Source of the DNA: a virus | IMG/VR virus record: IMGVR_UViG_3300013126_000011 | Strand: one strand, 5' to 3' | Length of the DNA: 64,000 bases | In this document: positions 9,001-20,300 of the stretch, piece after piece | How the letters are laid out: each line of letters starts with the position of its first letter | Position numbering within the stretch: the stretch's first letter is position 1 | Made by a program: the position numbers and the translations under genes | Notes under the pieces: generated by a model | What the model was told of the DNA's origin: nothing | The model's database searches: none | The model's input: the letters and a program-made list of their open reading frames with translations, nothing else

Positions 9001-10825
9001 GCTCGGAACTAGAACACAATTGACAATCACCATTTCGCAAGCATTGTCGTTAGCGGTTGATGAATTTTTGTTGGCAAACAAGTCTGAAAGAGTAAGTTTG
9101 TCGAATTATTCAATGTTAAAGACTGATACTGTTTCGTTTGGTATGCCCACTGAAGCATTTGATGGAGATACTTTATATGCCAGGGTTATACGAGGAACAG
9201 ACAGTATCGTTAGCGAAGTAAAATTATCCGAAGAACTTAAGCAACGAGTAATTGAGAAAACTCCAGATAGAATCAAGGGTGAGACTCCACTGTCGTTTCC
9301 AGAGAGATATTTTGGATTTTTATGTTCAGAAGCCTGGAAAGAAGTGATTTCAAATTCAGTAGATTTGGCAAAGCTTGAACAATATTATGCAGATAAAGTC
9401 TATCAAGGAATCTATGACGATTTATTTGGATTTGCTTTGGCTCAGGTAAAGCAAAATTTGTCTAGTGTTGCACGCCCAATTGAAGTAAAACCGTTTACAA
9501 TTCCAGGTGATGATGTTTTAGCTGCTGATTATACAAAACAGCTTGATGAATATCATGATTACCTTGAACAGCGTGATCATTATAATTTCGATGAAGATAA
9601 ATTGTCAATCAAGAATCTCGTAAAAAACGTATATGCGGAACATGCATTAGATAAGATTGCTCCTAATGCTCCAAGACCGATGGATATTGCTTTTGCTTCC
9701 GGAGTCGTATACGCCAGAATCAGAGCGATGATTATCGAAGTGCTGTTCAAAACGCTGTCTATTCAACGTGCTTTTGATGTTACCGAAGTGTCGATGCTTA
9801 AGAAAGGGTTGACAGATCGATTGCAAGAAGAGTTTGGCGATTCGACTGCTTGGTATTGTAGAGAAATTTTGCGCGCTCAATATAAAATAGCAGAAACATC
9901 TCAACCAATTCCTGACTTGATTGAGCAAATGTGGTCGACGACTATTGATGATGCCAAAGATGCGTTGTATCTCAAGAAGGCTAGCAGTTTCAACGCTGCA
10001 TTTGTACGTAATTTACCATTAGTGAGTATTGCCAGATCTGATGGTGGTACTCGTTCTAGATTGTTTGCCGCGAATACTACAGACACAAAAGCTATTGAAT
10101 TTAGTAGTATATTCAAGAAACCACAAAACAGCTTAACGAACGGGCAATTGATTCGTGAAAAATACGTTAAGCTTGTCGGCTTGGACGGTACTATTGAATG
10201 GATTGATCCGGAAAAAGTCATAACAATGTTTACGCTAGCAACTCCTACTGATAAGGTTAACAATTTCTATAGTGAAGCTTCATATGGTTTACGATTAGTT
10301 TATATACCGCCTGTATTACCAAGTGTATATGAAAATTTAAGCGAGCAAATGCCAAATGTTAATATTGTCGATTTTCAGAGCATGTTAAATGCAACGACAT
10401 TGCCAAAAACCGCTATAAATAAGAGGCTTTTTGTGGTTGCTGAGTTTTCAAAATGGTTTCCTGTTAGCGGAAATGCCACAGACGTTATGAGAAACATTTA
10501 TCCAATTTCTCTGGCACAATATGAATCTCCAATTGCAGCAGATTTGACATTGGCTCAAATGGTTGAAATCATTCAAAAACATGAAAGCAATCCGGCACAA
10601 TTGTCGTTCGAACTAGCCGATACGCCAGAATGGCAAGAGTTGTTTAAGTTCTGCTTTCCATTGGAACAAATTTTATCCGTAATTACCTTGTACGTGTATG
10701 ATAAAAATATCGAGCTTTATGGTAACTTTAAAAGAAACGCAGAAGCATGTATGAATCTATTTAAGGTGTACACCGAACAAGCCGGTAACAAAGAACAGAG
10801 CGAATACATAGAGAAAAATAAATGA
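6077..10825 (+). CDS. large putative virion (baseplate/tail-associated) protein, 1582 aa
   Basis: Long ORF inside the baseplate block with a Lys-rich coiled-coil segment; no enzyme motif recognised. Confidence 0.55.
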   Translation: MSNLDPFENVEKWTDPRDNFALASMNPDGTPHVITPTTAPQGETGVTADWYYREPWTVWEQDGKWNIVVSSDKQIPKENEELVNPPPPEDDRFGIDLEDDSTTTEYVASGSQEPATTGKPAGEAVESAKNPFIVKQEASVEKAKNSWDKSKLELSDLEQEKYKRSDGKVVNLSEEIKHLEQVRDIDVSNMESANARVPVDADIVAMYKEKIAKQNKQIEDLKKKRSDIHEKKIPKAKEKVAKKEAAYNQAIKDSNTKIKQYIEENKSPRVKALESSVRKGFQAILDEAGKYYPPDFFTDYDKFDPSNPVTRSLVYEKDYKTSESPLIKMRVLVVANKAYVDMFPDKTDAQVNEGFEKYYEHEKAARYNVSYERARLNTVVASATRILEDKQYLLDTGFSGRVNGINMNDDAALLREIPQHIESLIQEQTKNKIYADYMSKMTSLEMTGEPAYINFYQNEDHGFVTFSYVVGDRVFFMRNGLSRFANLSPIQSKKIMFLFYYLADILADENMQVLDFVAKYYSGTELRPSDDKENPGDNLDSDSEKFDDLGIRREKFNKNRRISNVIDEEENSYLRRVKDLASAYSDAISKIDIGELIKAAVSCLHQKQLELSWPNPPNLLGTWTFPSFGKFDFLDWLERLSDAVDKAIRDALDQQVVDIMKELMRLLEEGCRDSVDYGKHKANDYLVWQKAKGNSYVSNSVEEETGTPLGEIVLALNHPDEVAQAKADHQKDIYINQPVAEFKSDVNQEARNLLDDVSATLNPTNMYYMLNGKPTESTTIQIVEVADNKWVDSFGHKYLYLPKLLNTTQKSKAFCKALQKYVVQEKLYALEQEIQSEPKEETASYPPKKRYICGDKQFVSKKIELYKNKGLSQQEAEEQANKDLERNKQLLIKYSDMLKNPNRKLVTPVLMDKKNEDGSVIKGVISSTPPELMYSVEKVMEPIFKYVVEELVQDTRKYFNATMAVTNPQEIAELMLGTRTQLTITISQALSLAVDEFLLANKSERVSLSNYSMLKTDTVSFGMPTEAFDGDTLYARVIRGTDSIVSEVKLSEELKQRVIEKTPDRIKGETPLSFPERYFGFLCSEAWKEVISNSVDLAKLEQYYADKVYQGIYDDLFGFALAQVKQNLSSVARPIEVKPFTIPGDDVLAADYTKQLDEYHDYLEQRDHYNFDEDKLSIKNLVKNVYAEHALDKIAPNAPRPMDIAFASGVVYARIRAMIIEVLFKTLSIQRAFDVTEVSMLKKGLTDRLQEEFGDSTAWYCREILRAQYKIAETSQPIPDLIEQMWSTTIDDAKDALYLKKASSFNAAFVRNLPLVSIARSDGGTRSRLFAANTTDTKAIEFSSIFKKPQNSLTNGQLIREKYVKLVGLDGTIEWIDPEKVITMFTLATPTDKVNNFYSEASYGLRLVYIPPVLPSVYENLSEQMPNVNIVDFQSMLNATTLPKTAINKRLFVVAEFSKWFPVSGNATDVMRNIYPISLAQYESPIAADLTLAQMVEIIQKHESNPAQLSFELADTPEWQELFKFCFPLEQILSVITLYVYDKNIELYGNFKRNAEACMNLFKVYTEQAGNKEQSEYIEKNK

Positions 10826-11217
10826 GTTTGACACCTAGCTTTCCATTACGAGGCGATGAAACACAAGCTGGAGGATTCGCACAAGTAGAACAGTATCGAG
10901 ATCTTGTCAGACAAAATTTTCGAAATCTTTTGTTGACTGCCCCTGGTGAACGTGCAATGAATCCTGGGTTTGGAGTTGGTGTCAAGAATTTTCTGTTTGA
11001 GCAAAGCACTTTTGTAACTAAAGAAGCACTTAAGGCAAAAATTAATATGCAAGTGGCTTTATATTTAAAGTATATCAAGATTGAAAATATTGAATTTGTA
11101 GAAGAGAATGATCAATTGCTTCGTTTGCAGATTCAGTATTTTATTGAACCACTGGGAGCCAGCGATTTGATTAACGTCAACATTTCCGAAGAGGGAACAA
11201 ATACGAATGAGTTCTAA
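10822..11217 (+). CDS. baseplate wedge subunit, gp25-like
   Basis: NLLLTAPGERAMNPGFGVG is the gp25/GPW signature. Confidence 0.9.
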   Translation: MSLTPSFPLRGDETQAGGFAQVEQYRDLVRQNFRNLLLTAPGERAMNPGFGVGVKNFLFEQSTFVTKEALKAKINMQVALYLKYIKIENIEFVEENDQLLRLQIQYFIEPLGASDLINVNISEEGTNTNEF

Positions 11218-13006
11218 GAGAGTTGTTCCAATCAAATATATCAATAGAGATTATGCTTCAATTCGAGAAGCTTTGATTGAGCATGCAAAGAGATACTATC
11301 CAGATACGTACAAAGATTTTTCAGAACCCGGTCTAGGATCGTTGATAATTGATTCTGTTTCTTATGTTGGTGATGTACTTTCGTTTTATTTGGATTATCA
11401 GACTAACGAAAGCTTTCCAGATACAGCATTAGAGTACAATAATATTTTACGCCATGCAAAAAGTTATGGATATAGATTTTTGGGGAATCCATCATCTTAC
11501 GGAGCAGTTCAAGTGTTCGTGTTGGTTCCTGCACTAACGAATGCGTTAGGACCGGATTCAAGATATATGCCAGTACTTAAAAAGGGTAGCACGTTTAATT
11601 CGACTGCTGGTGCTAGTTTTATTCTCAACGAAGATGTTGATTTTTCGAGTTCTACGGATTTCGTTGCTGCTCAAGTCAACGCACAAACCGGAAAGCCAAC
11701 GTCATACGCAGTAAGATCTTCTGGACATGTTATTTCCGGAGCCTTGGGAGTCGAATATCAACAAATTGGTGCATATCAGAAATTTTTGAAGCTACAATTA
11801 ACTGCCAAAAATGTTTCTGAAATTATTTCTGTAATAGATGCCGAAGGTCATGAATATTTTGAGGTAACTCATCTTTCACAGAATACAGTTTTGCGTTCTA
11901 TTATTAACCATGACGAGAATACAAGAAATTATGCAAACAACTTGCTTCGTCCTTATATTGTGCCTCGCAGATTTGTTGTAGATAGAGATAGAACGTATAC
12001 AACATTGATGTTTGGTTCTGGCACTGATGCTACATTGTCTGAGTCATCTGTAGCAGAACCATCAAAAGTAGCGTTAAATTTATATGGAAAGCAATACGTT
12101 TCTGATACATCGTTTGATCCAACTAAGTTATTGGCGACTGACAAGTATGGCATTGTTCCAGCCAATACTGCCTTGCGAATTGTCTATCGTTATAATAACG
12201 TCGATAATGTTAATGTCTCTTCTGGAGCCTTGAGCGTAGTTGGCAAAACGGATTTTCAATTTCGAAATACCGTTGGACTAGATCGTTCTCAAATGCAAGC
12301 TGTACAAAGCAGCCTAGAAGTTAATAATGATGTTCCGATTGTTGGCGATGTTACATTACCGTCAGTTGAGGAAGTCAAAGTAAGAATGGTTGATTCTTTT
12401 GCGGCTCAGAGTCGTGCAGTTACAGAGCAAGATTACAAGGCTTTGGTATATGCAATGCCACAATCCTTTGGAGCTATTAAACGAGTTGGAGTAGCTAAGG
12501 GAAAGACAGATTCATCTACCAGAACATTAAATCTTTACGTTGTTTCGGAAGATGCTACTGGAGTATTGACGCAAACCAACGATGCAATTAAGGAAAATCT
12601 TCGTTTTTGGTTAATCAAGAATAAGATGATTAATGATGTTGTCGATATTCATGACGCTAAGATTATTAATTTGGCGATTGAATTCGAATTTATGGCTGCC
12701 TCAGATCGAGACAAATACGAAGTATACAAACGTGCAGTAGCGGCTTTGAAAGATTTTTTCTCAAATACGAGCAATGTTGGTGAAGATTTTTACATTACCG
12801 ATGTATACTCTGTTTTGCGCCAAGTAGATGATGTATTAGATGTTACGAAGGTCAAAGTGACACAAAAGACTGGTGCAAATTACTCTAGCGTACAGTTCGA
12901 TGTTGACTCGAATACGTCAGCCGATGGCAGAAGTATTCGTTGTCCAGCAAACTGTATTTTTGAAGTTAAATATGTGTGGGACGACGTGAAGGGGAATGTA
13001 ATTTAA
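11207..13006 (+). CDS. baseplate wedge subunit, gp6/baseplate J-like
   Basis: RDYASIREALI...YPDTYKDFSE, YLDYQTNESF, QSRAVTEQDYK; follows gp25. Confidence 0.88.
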   Translation: MSSKRVVPIKYINRDYASIREALIEHAKRYYPDTYKDFSEPGLGSLIIDSVSYVGDVLSFYLDYQTNESFPDTALEYNNILRHAKSYGYRFLGNPSSYGAVQVFVLVPALTNALGPDSRYMPVLKKGSTFNSTAGASFILNEDVDFSSSTDFVAAQVNAQTGKPTSYAVRSSGHVISGALGVEYQQIGAYQKFLKLQLTAKNVSEIISVIDAEGHEYFEVTHLSQNTVLRSIINHDENTRNYANNLLRPYIVPRRFVVDRDRTYTTLMFGSGTDATLSESSVAEPSKVALNLYGKQYVSDTSFDPTKLLATDKYGIVPANTALRIVYRYNNVDNVNVSSGALSVVGKTDFQFRNTVGLDRSQMQAVQSSLEVNNDVPIVGDVTLPSVEEVKVRMVDSFAAQSRAVTEQDYKALVYAMPQSFGAIKRVGVAKGKTDSSTRTLNLYVVSEDATGVLTQTNDAIKENLRFWLIKNKMINDVVDIHDAKIINLAIEFEFMAASDRDKYEVYKRAVAALKDFFSNTSNVGEDFYITDVYSVLRQVDDVLDVTKVKVTQKTGANYSSVQFDVDSNTSADGRSIRCPANCIFEVKYVWDDVKGNVI

Positions 13007-13007
13007 C

Positions 13008-14387
13008 ATGGCTATCAAGCGTTATTCTTGTACTAAAGATACTACAATTACCAATGCCTTCAAGGAAAACATGCTTGATAGAGGCGAAGAATCCAATATG
13101 GGTGCTAGCGATATCGCAGAAGTTTTTAGCATTTTTGGACAAGCCACATCTAGCTCAATTGAGAAATCTAGAGTGCTATTTCAATTTGATGTTGATTCGA
13201 TTATTGCAGATCGAGAAGCAACAAGCATTCCAACTAGCGGAAGTGTCAATTTCTATATGCGGGTTTTTAATGCTCCGCATGCTCAAACGTTGCCAAGACA
13301 ATTTACATTGCAGGTCTTGCCTGTATCAAGTTCATGGACAGAAGGGATCGGGCTTGATATGGAAACGTATTCAGACGAAGGGCAAGCTAGTTGGCTTAGT
13401 TCGTCGTTGAATATTTCGTGGACTTCAGAAGGAGGTGATTATCTAGGAAGTCCACAGTTTGAGCAATTCTTTGACGAAGGAACAGAAGATCTGGAGATTG
13501 ACATTACCAATTTAGTTGAAAGTTGGATTGACGAGACAACAGAAAACAAAGGAGTGTTAGTCAAGTTGTCTGGTAGTCAAGAGGATGGTTCTGAGGAACG
13601 TTCTTATTATACCAAACGATTTTTTGCCAGAGGAACAGAGTTCTTTTTCAAAAAACCGGTACTTGAGGCTCGTTGGCAATCTTCCAAGTCTGATGATCGT
13701 GGAGATTTCTACTTTAGTAGTTCTCTGGCTTCAGAAGAAGATAATACGAACAAGTTGTACCTTTACAATTATGTTCGTGGCATTGGCTTGAAAGATATTC
13801 CCGGCATGACAGGTTCCATTTATGTTGATCTATATGATGAAAACATGGAATGGTTGTCCGCTAGTTTTACCGGTTCTTGGGAATCGATTGGAATCTATGT
13901 TGTTGATGTAGCATTAGAGCCAACAACATCTAGTATCGTTTATGATGTTTGGGGTGATGGAAATGGTATTGAATTTTATACTGGAAGTTTTGTTCCCAAG
14001 ACATTGACGCCTAGCAATCACTTCGGTCCAGAGCAACACTTCACAAAGATTATCAATTTAAAGAACAGATATTCAACCGAAGAAACTAATGCAATGTTTA
14101 GATTGTTTATTCGAGACAAAAATTGGCAGCCAACGCTTTACACTGTTTCGAATGCCACGCAAGAATCACAAATTGCAAGAGAGGCTTGTTATCGCGTTTT
14201 TAGAGTGGTTGATAATTACGAAGTGATTGCATATGATAGCGCATATACCAAGTTATCATATGACGCCAATGGTAATTACTTTACATTCGATATTAGTCTT
14301 TTGGAGCCAGGATATATGTACGCATTCCAATTCAGATATAATGATGTTGAGCAGCCAGAGATCTTCAATTTCAAGGTTGAGGAATAA
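13008..14387 (+). CDS. baseplate/tail structural protein with DNRLRE-like beta domain
   Basis: SRVLFQFD, SWTEGIG, EGGDY, DLEIDITNLVESW, KPVLEARW. Confidence 0.6.
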   Translation: MAIKRYSCTKDTTITNAFKENMLDRGEESNMGASDIAEVFSIFGQATSSSIEKSRVLFQFDVDSIIADREATSIPTSGSVNFYMRVFNAPHAQTLPRQFTLQVLPVSSSWTEGIGLDMETYSDEGQASWLSSSLNISWTSEGGDYLGSPQFEQFFDEGTEDLEIDITNLVESWIDETTENKGVLVKLSGSQEDGSEERSYYTKRFFARGTEFFFKKPVLEARWQSSKSDDRGDFYFSSSLASEEDNTNKLYLYNYVRGIGLKDIPGMTGSIYVDLYDENMEWLSASFTGSWESIGIYVVDVALEPTTSSIVYDVWGDGNGIEFYTGSFVPKTLTPSNHFGPEQHFTKIINLKNRYSTEETNAMFRLFIRDKNWQPTLYTVSNATQESQIAREACYRVFRVVDNYEVIAYDSAYTKLSYDANGNYFTFDISLLEPGYMYAFQFRYNDVEQPEIFNFKVEE

Positions 14388-17300
14388 TGAGCAATCTTAA
14401 AAAATATTTCGAGAACAAGACAAGCCGTACATTAACTGTCGAGTCCGTCAATTCGATTGCAATTGATTCGGAATTGAACAAAGATGAGCGAATTATTCCA
14501 AGTGTCGATTTTTCCGACTATGCCAATTTCGTGCATTATGGTAGTGCGGAACTTTATGGGACTAGAGCCGTAAGCTGGATTTATGACAGCTATCCTTATG
14601 ATGGTTCTCGAAAAGAAAAAGAAACTTGGTATCAATCTGGAAGCGCTTACGATAATTACGTTTTTGATAGTGAATATCCAAAGACAACTGGATATGTGAA
14701 TTTTGATGGTACACAATGTGTTACTATTTTTGGTGGTCCAAGTGTCGATAATGTTTATCAATCTGGAACAAGAGAGGCGAATCTTGTTTATGATTTTGAT
14801 AAAGGCGTCACTATAGAGTTTTGGATGGATGAGGTTGCCGGGAGGACTGGCAGTGTCGTTGTATTTGATTCTTCAAATTCCGGTACGGCTGTTTATGGTA
14901 CTCCAGATTATTTTAGAGTATTGGCGTTGTTGAGTGGTACTGAAACAGATCCGGAATGGTTGATTTACGTTTTATATAACGATTCTTTGGATACTTTTTA
15001 TTGGCAACTGTCTGATGTTTCGCAAGCTTGGCAGCATTATGCTTTTACTTTTAAAAGTGAAGCTGGAATGTTGGTTCCGTATTTTTATCACAATGGACAG
15101 CTTGACGAATCTGCAAGTGGAATTGATTATGGCGTTACGCCAAGTTCGCCAATTCCATCAATTTCGAATGGATTGGCAGCTTCGGTTGGCGCAATGCTTG
15201 AAGCAGACGCTTGGGAATATTTTGGTTTTGGTACTGGAGGTTTAGGACAACTTGGTTTAGTTGGTTCTCTTGACGAATTCCGTTTTTGGAAGACTGCAAG
15301 AACCTTCGAAAAGATCGCTCAAAATTGGTTCACATCAGTTTATGGCGGAACAAATACTCAAGATGACAATCTAGATCTTGGAGTATATTTCAAGTTTAAC
15401 GAGGGAATTACTGGAACATCTTCGATTGATTCCGTTGTCCTTGATTATGCTGGTCGTGCATCAAATGGAACGTTCGTGAATTACAATACAAGTTGTCGTT
15501 CGACTGGCTCTGCAATGACAGACGAGATTCCAGATCCAATCATGTACGCTAATCACCCAGACGTGTTGGCTTTGTATGAGTCAAAGCAACAGAGCGGTAT
15601 TGTATACGATACACAGAATACTAATTCGTTCTATAAGTTGTTCCCGGGCTATTTGCTTGAAGAAGATGAAGAAGCAGGAAACAACTTCAAATATATTACT
15701 CAGATTATTTCAAGCTATCTTGATGAACTTCATATGTTTATCAATGAACTTCCGAAGGTTGGCAACGTAAATCATTTATATGATACTGGTGGAAAGCCTC
15801 TACCATTTGCAAAGCATCTTTTGGAATCGCATGGCTTGACAGTTGGAGAGTTATTTGCTGATGCCGAGTTACTTGAAAGCATTGGCAATCGTAACGATTC
15901 GATTATCTTCGAACAATCAGTAAAAGATATCAAGAACACAATTTATCATCGTCTTTACGACAATCTAACCAATATTTTCAAATCCAAAGGTACTGAAGAA
16001 GCGATTCGTCATGCATTGAGATGTTTTGGTGTTGATGATGAACTATATCGTTTGGTTGTTAATGCAGATAATCAGACAGTACGATTTGATGAATCGAAAG
16101 ATTATCAGACAGTTACAAGAAAGAAAGTTATTGACTTCTATAATGTTGATCGTTTTGAAGGCACAGTAATCCAGACAGCCAGCAACGCTGATGAGACAAA
16201 TTATGTCGCAGGCTACGAGCTAAACAAGCGTGGTGGCTTTACGGTAGAAGTTGATGTTATTGCTCCAGAAAAGCAATCGCAAGAGTCTGAATTTTGGATT
16301 TCGACAGACTTTTTGACTTCATCAATCTGCGGATATCGCGATGCAAGCAACACTGGCAGCTATGAATGGAACAACAATTCTGCTTCGTTTGACGTATTGA
16401 TTTATCGTGATGACTCAAACTCATCTTCTGGTCGATTTTGCTTGACAGGAACATTTGGTTCTCTAGAAAGCGATACAATCAACGACTTGTATGATGGTCG
16501 CAATTGGCATCTGTACGTACGAGCAAATACAGAACTACACAAAGAAACCGATAGTAGATATATCGAGTTTGGTGGATATAAATACGAAATCGATCAGTTG
16601 GCTGATTCGTTTGCACTGAGTGTCTCCTATCCTGCTGGTGACGTTTCTGGTTTGATTGCGCAACCAAAGCGATATTATGTTGGATCGTTGCATTCAGATT
16701 TTCTGAGTGCTAGTTTAATCTATAGAACCGATGTGCGAGTTGCAGATTTTAAGGTTTGGCAAGCATGTCTAGAAGATAATGAAATTATTAGTCACGCCAA
16801 AGACATTAATAGTTTTGGACGAGATTATGGTTCAGATTACGATTCCCTATTGTATTTGGATGGAATCAAAATCAAGAATAGTGCTATGTTGGCTTTACAT
16901 TGGGATTTCGAACTTGTCACTGGTTCAAACAATGTCGGTGAGTTGGAAGTACTTGACATTTCCAGTGGATCGGCAGACTTCTACGCAAATAATACATATG
17001 GATTTTTAAGTGAGTCACTTTGTTTGAAGCATCCTGGCTTGTGCATGTATATGCCAGCGGATTCAAGCGATGTGGTTGATGTAGAATATATCCAAATCGC
17101 CAAGAGTGAAATTCCTGGTAGTGTTGGTACGTCTGGAATGGTTGGCGTTTTTGATGAAAACTCAGAATCGATTCCAGCCTCGTTTAGACCGGTGCAGCAT
17201 TCGTTTTCGCTAGAAAAGAGTATGTGGAGAACAATCTCAGAAGAGATCTTAAAGACCTTCTCTGCAATCGTAGAGTTCAACAATCTGATCGGTATGCCGC

Positions 17301-20300
17301 TTGACAAATACAAGCCATCGTATGATCGATTGAGAACAGTAAGAGAAAAATACTTCGCAAATGTAACAGATCGCTCAACGATTGAGCGATTTACCTCATT
17401 CTATAAGTGGCTTGATGGAGCAGTTGTTGCCGTTATTTCGAATCTAGTACCAGCAGGAGCATCTTTCTCCGTCAAGATCGGTGATGTTATCGAAAGTCAC
17501 GTACTTGAGCGCAACAAAGTACAATATCAATTGCCCGTTTATCACTCGGCAAAGCAACGTGAAAATCTAGCAACTATTGATATGTCCGATGTTCAAGGAG
17601 ATCAACAATATTCAATCGAAGGCACAATTACGATGCCAACGATGACCGGACTTCCAAGAGCAGACGAAAGAAAGTATGCGTGCGTTCAGACTACTGGAAG
17701 AAAAGAGAATAATCTATGGCTTCGTGATCATCCAGAAGATTTCGGACAAAACTATATCGAATCACCATATGTCGAAGGGCTAGTTGACTATGCCGTTCCA
17801 GTAAGAGATCGTGTCGAAACGATTTTTGTTAATAAGTTTGCATCCCCTGGTGGAGCAGATACAATGGGCGTTGGAGCCTGTGATCCAGAAAGTGAAGAAT
17901 ATTCAGTTTATAACAGCTTGAATTATCGAAACCTTTCTGTTAGAATGCCACTTGATACTCTAATGAGCAAACACAGTGCTCAATTTGGATATGACTCTCA
18001 GTATGGTGCTCCAAGTGCATCATATTGTAAGGCAAATCGAAATACCAGATATGTTGCTATTGATGATAATACTCTAGAGCCTCGCTATGATAACGAATTT
18101 GTCGGTCACAGTATTCCGATGAACGACAAGCAATATGCTTGGATTACTGCCTCTGTTGAAACTGCTTCTGTCGGTTATGCGCCAGAAGACGGAATGGACA
18201 ATATTGACGGAGAATATGTACCATTCTTTGAATTCGGTACAGCATCTACTCTGCAAGACGCTTTGCATTATGATCGATTTGGTTATCCAACTTGGAAGCA
18301 ATTGCGCTCTGGTGATCATCTAGAAGCAAGATTACAGAAGAAAAACAACCAAATCGTCATTGAGCCATCAGACAACAATACAGCTAGCTATCACGAACCA
18401 GCCGTAAGCTGGAATTATCCATTGCGTCAGAGATTGGTTGATAATGAGACAGGCGATCCGGCTCATATAGTTTATCCATTCTCAAATCAGAGACAAAGAT
18501 TTGCTCAACCAGCATTGCAAGATCAACTATTGGGAGATTATCGACAAGACAATAGAACGTTGTATGATTCGTATAGTAAAATGTACTTGAATGACAGCAA
18601 AGAAGCAGAATTTGTTAGTCTTCACTACGAAGAACAAATTTTCCCTAGAGCGGTGAATGTCGGCTCAACAACTCAACGAGACAAACCAGATTATCAAGAA
18701 GTAGTTGGCACTGGATCAAACGGTTACGATCGAGGCGTGTTGGAGCGTAGAAAGATTTGGGCAACCAACAAGAGTGATCGCGGAAGATCGTTCCCTGCCG
18801 GTCACAATGCTTTTGACAAGGAAGATTTCAGGAATTCTGTTTGGCCATTGGACCTAAACGATGACGAATCCGAAGCTGGTTCTGTTGGTAAGGGAGGTGA
18901 ATTAAATAACACTTGGCAGGATGCTGCTGGTTATCGTTATACATCGTTTACCGGTCAAGATAACGATGCAAAAATGGCGACAGCCAGTTGTCTATATGCG
19001 CATAACGTCAGAATCAATAATGATAGCTACGAAGTTGGTATGCCAAACTGGACTTGCGGTTCTGAAGCTGGCAATGCTCCGTGGTACAATGATTATAATG
19101 AGTTTGCAGCAGATCTTCGACCAATGAGTCAGCGTTATGGATTTATTCCAGAATACCGTGTATCAGAATATATGGATTTCTTTGTCGATGATAATGGTGG
19201 AAACTTTAGAGCAACACAAAGAACGCTTCCAATCAAACTTGACGGAGTTGAACATTCTGCTAGCTCTGATTCTGTACTGTTCGCAGAACATACGTTCACA
19301 GATGATTTTGAATACTTTAATGAGTTGATGAAGGATCATGAGCAACACAAAGAGAACGCTCGTCTAAGTCTTAAGTGCAGTGGTCTTAAGAAGTTGTTGC
19401 CGTACAATGGATTCTATCCACAACACAGAACAGTGCAGTTGGCAAATTTGTTTTCAAGCAGCTTTGCTGAACACATCGAAGGACTAAGTGGCGCTGGTAC
19501 GGGAACAGAATCAATCGATCAACAAGATCAATGGAAGCTTCAATCTATGTTGCAACCTTGGTTCTCGCCAGGAATCGTATACAATACAATTAAATCTGGT
19601 ATTGCTGTTGATTGGCCAACATATTTGGGAGTTGGCGGATTTAACGGATCGGCTGGCGAAGCAGCAGGCGGAAAGGCAGTACATTTAGATGGTGTCAATG
19701 ATTGGATTATTATTCCCGATGATGGTGGATTAAATGCGGGTGTATCCGATTGGTTAGGAATTTCCTTTTGGTTTAAAGTTCCACCGGCAACCGTAAGGCA
19801 TAGCGATACGAAAGTTTTACTTTCCCGTTTTGATATATCTGATGTCACAAAAAGAATTTTTGAGATTGCTTATGAAGTTAGTAGTAATATTAGTACCGGC
19901 GCAGATCCATTATACGCTGTGTTTTATGATGGATTGGGTCATTCAGACTCTTTGTTTGGATATTTCGATGCCTATGATGGCGCATGGCATCATGTTGCAT
20001 TAATTTACAAAGCGGCAGTCGGTGCTAGCTTGTGGCTCGATGGTGTACAAGCTGATACGTTGACTACAAATTTGAATTCAACGTTGCCAAGTGGTAGTGT
20101 CGATATGGTAGTTGGTAATTTCCTGTCTGCCAGCACTGTACAGATATTAAATCCGGAGTTATGTTTTAATGGATATGTCGACGATCTTGCTTATTATACT
20201 GGTTCAGTTAGACTTCAACAAGCCGACGTTACACAGATTTATAATGCTGGTCGTTGTTCTTTGTTTGATTTGACCACTGTTGAACCCGCACCGGTTTATT

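Noticed and set aside
6077-10825. Tape-measure assignment for the 1582-aa protein
   Set aside because: No tape-measure-like repeats or TM/Ala-Gly-rich pattern; position alone is insufficient.
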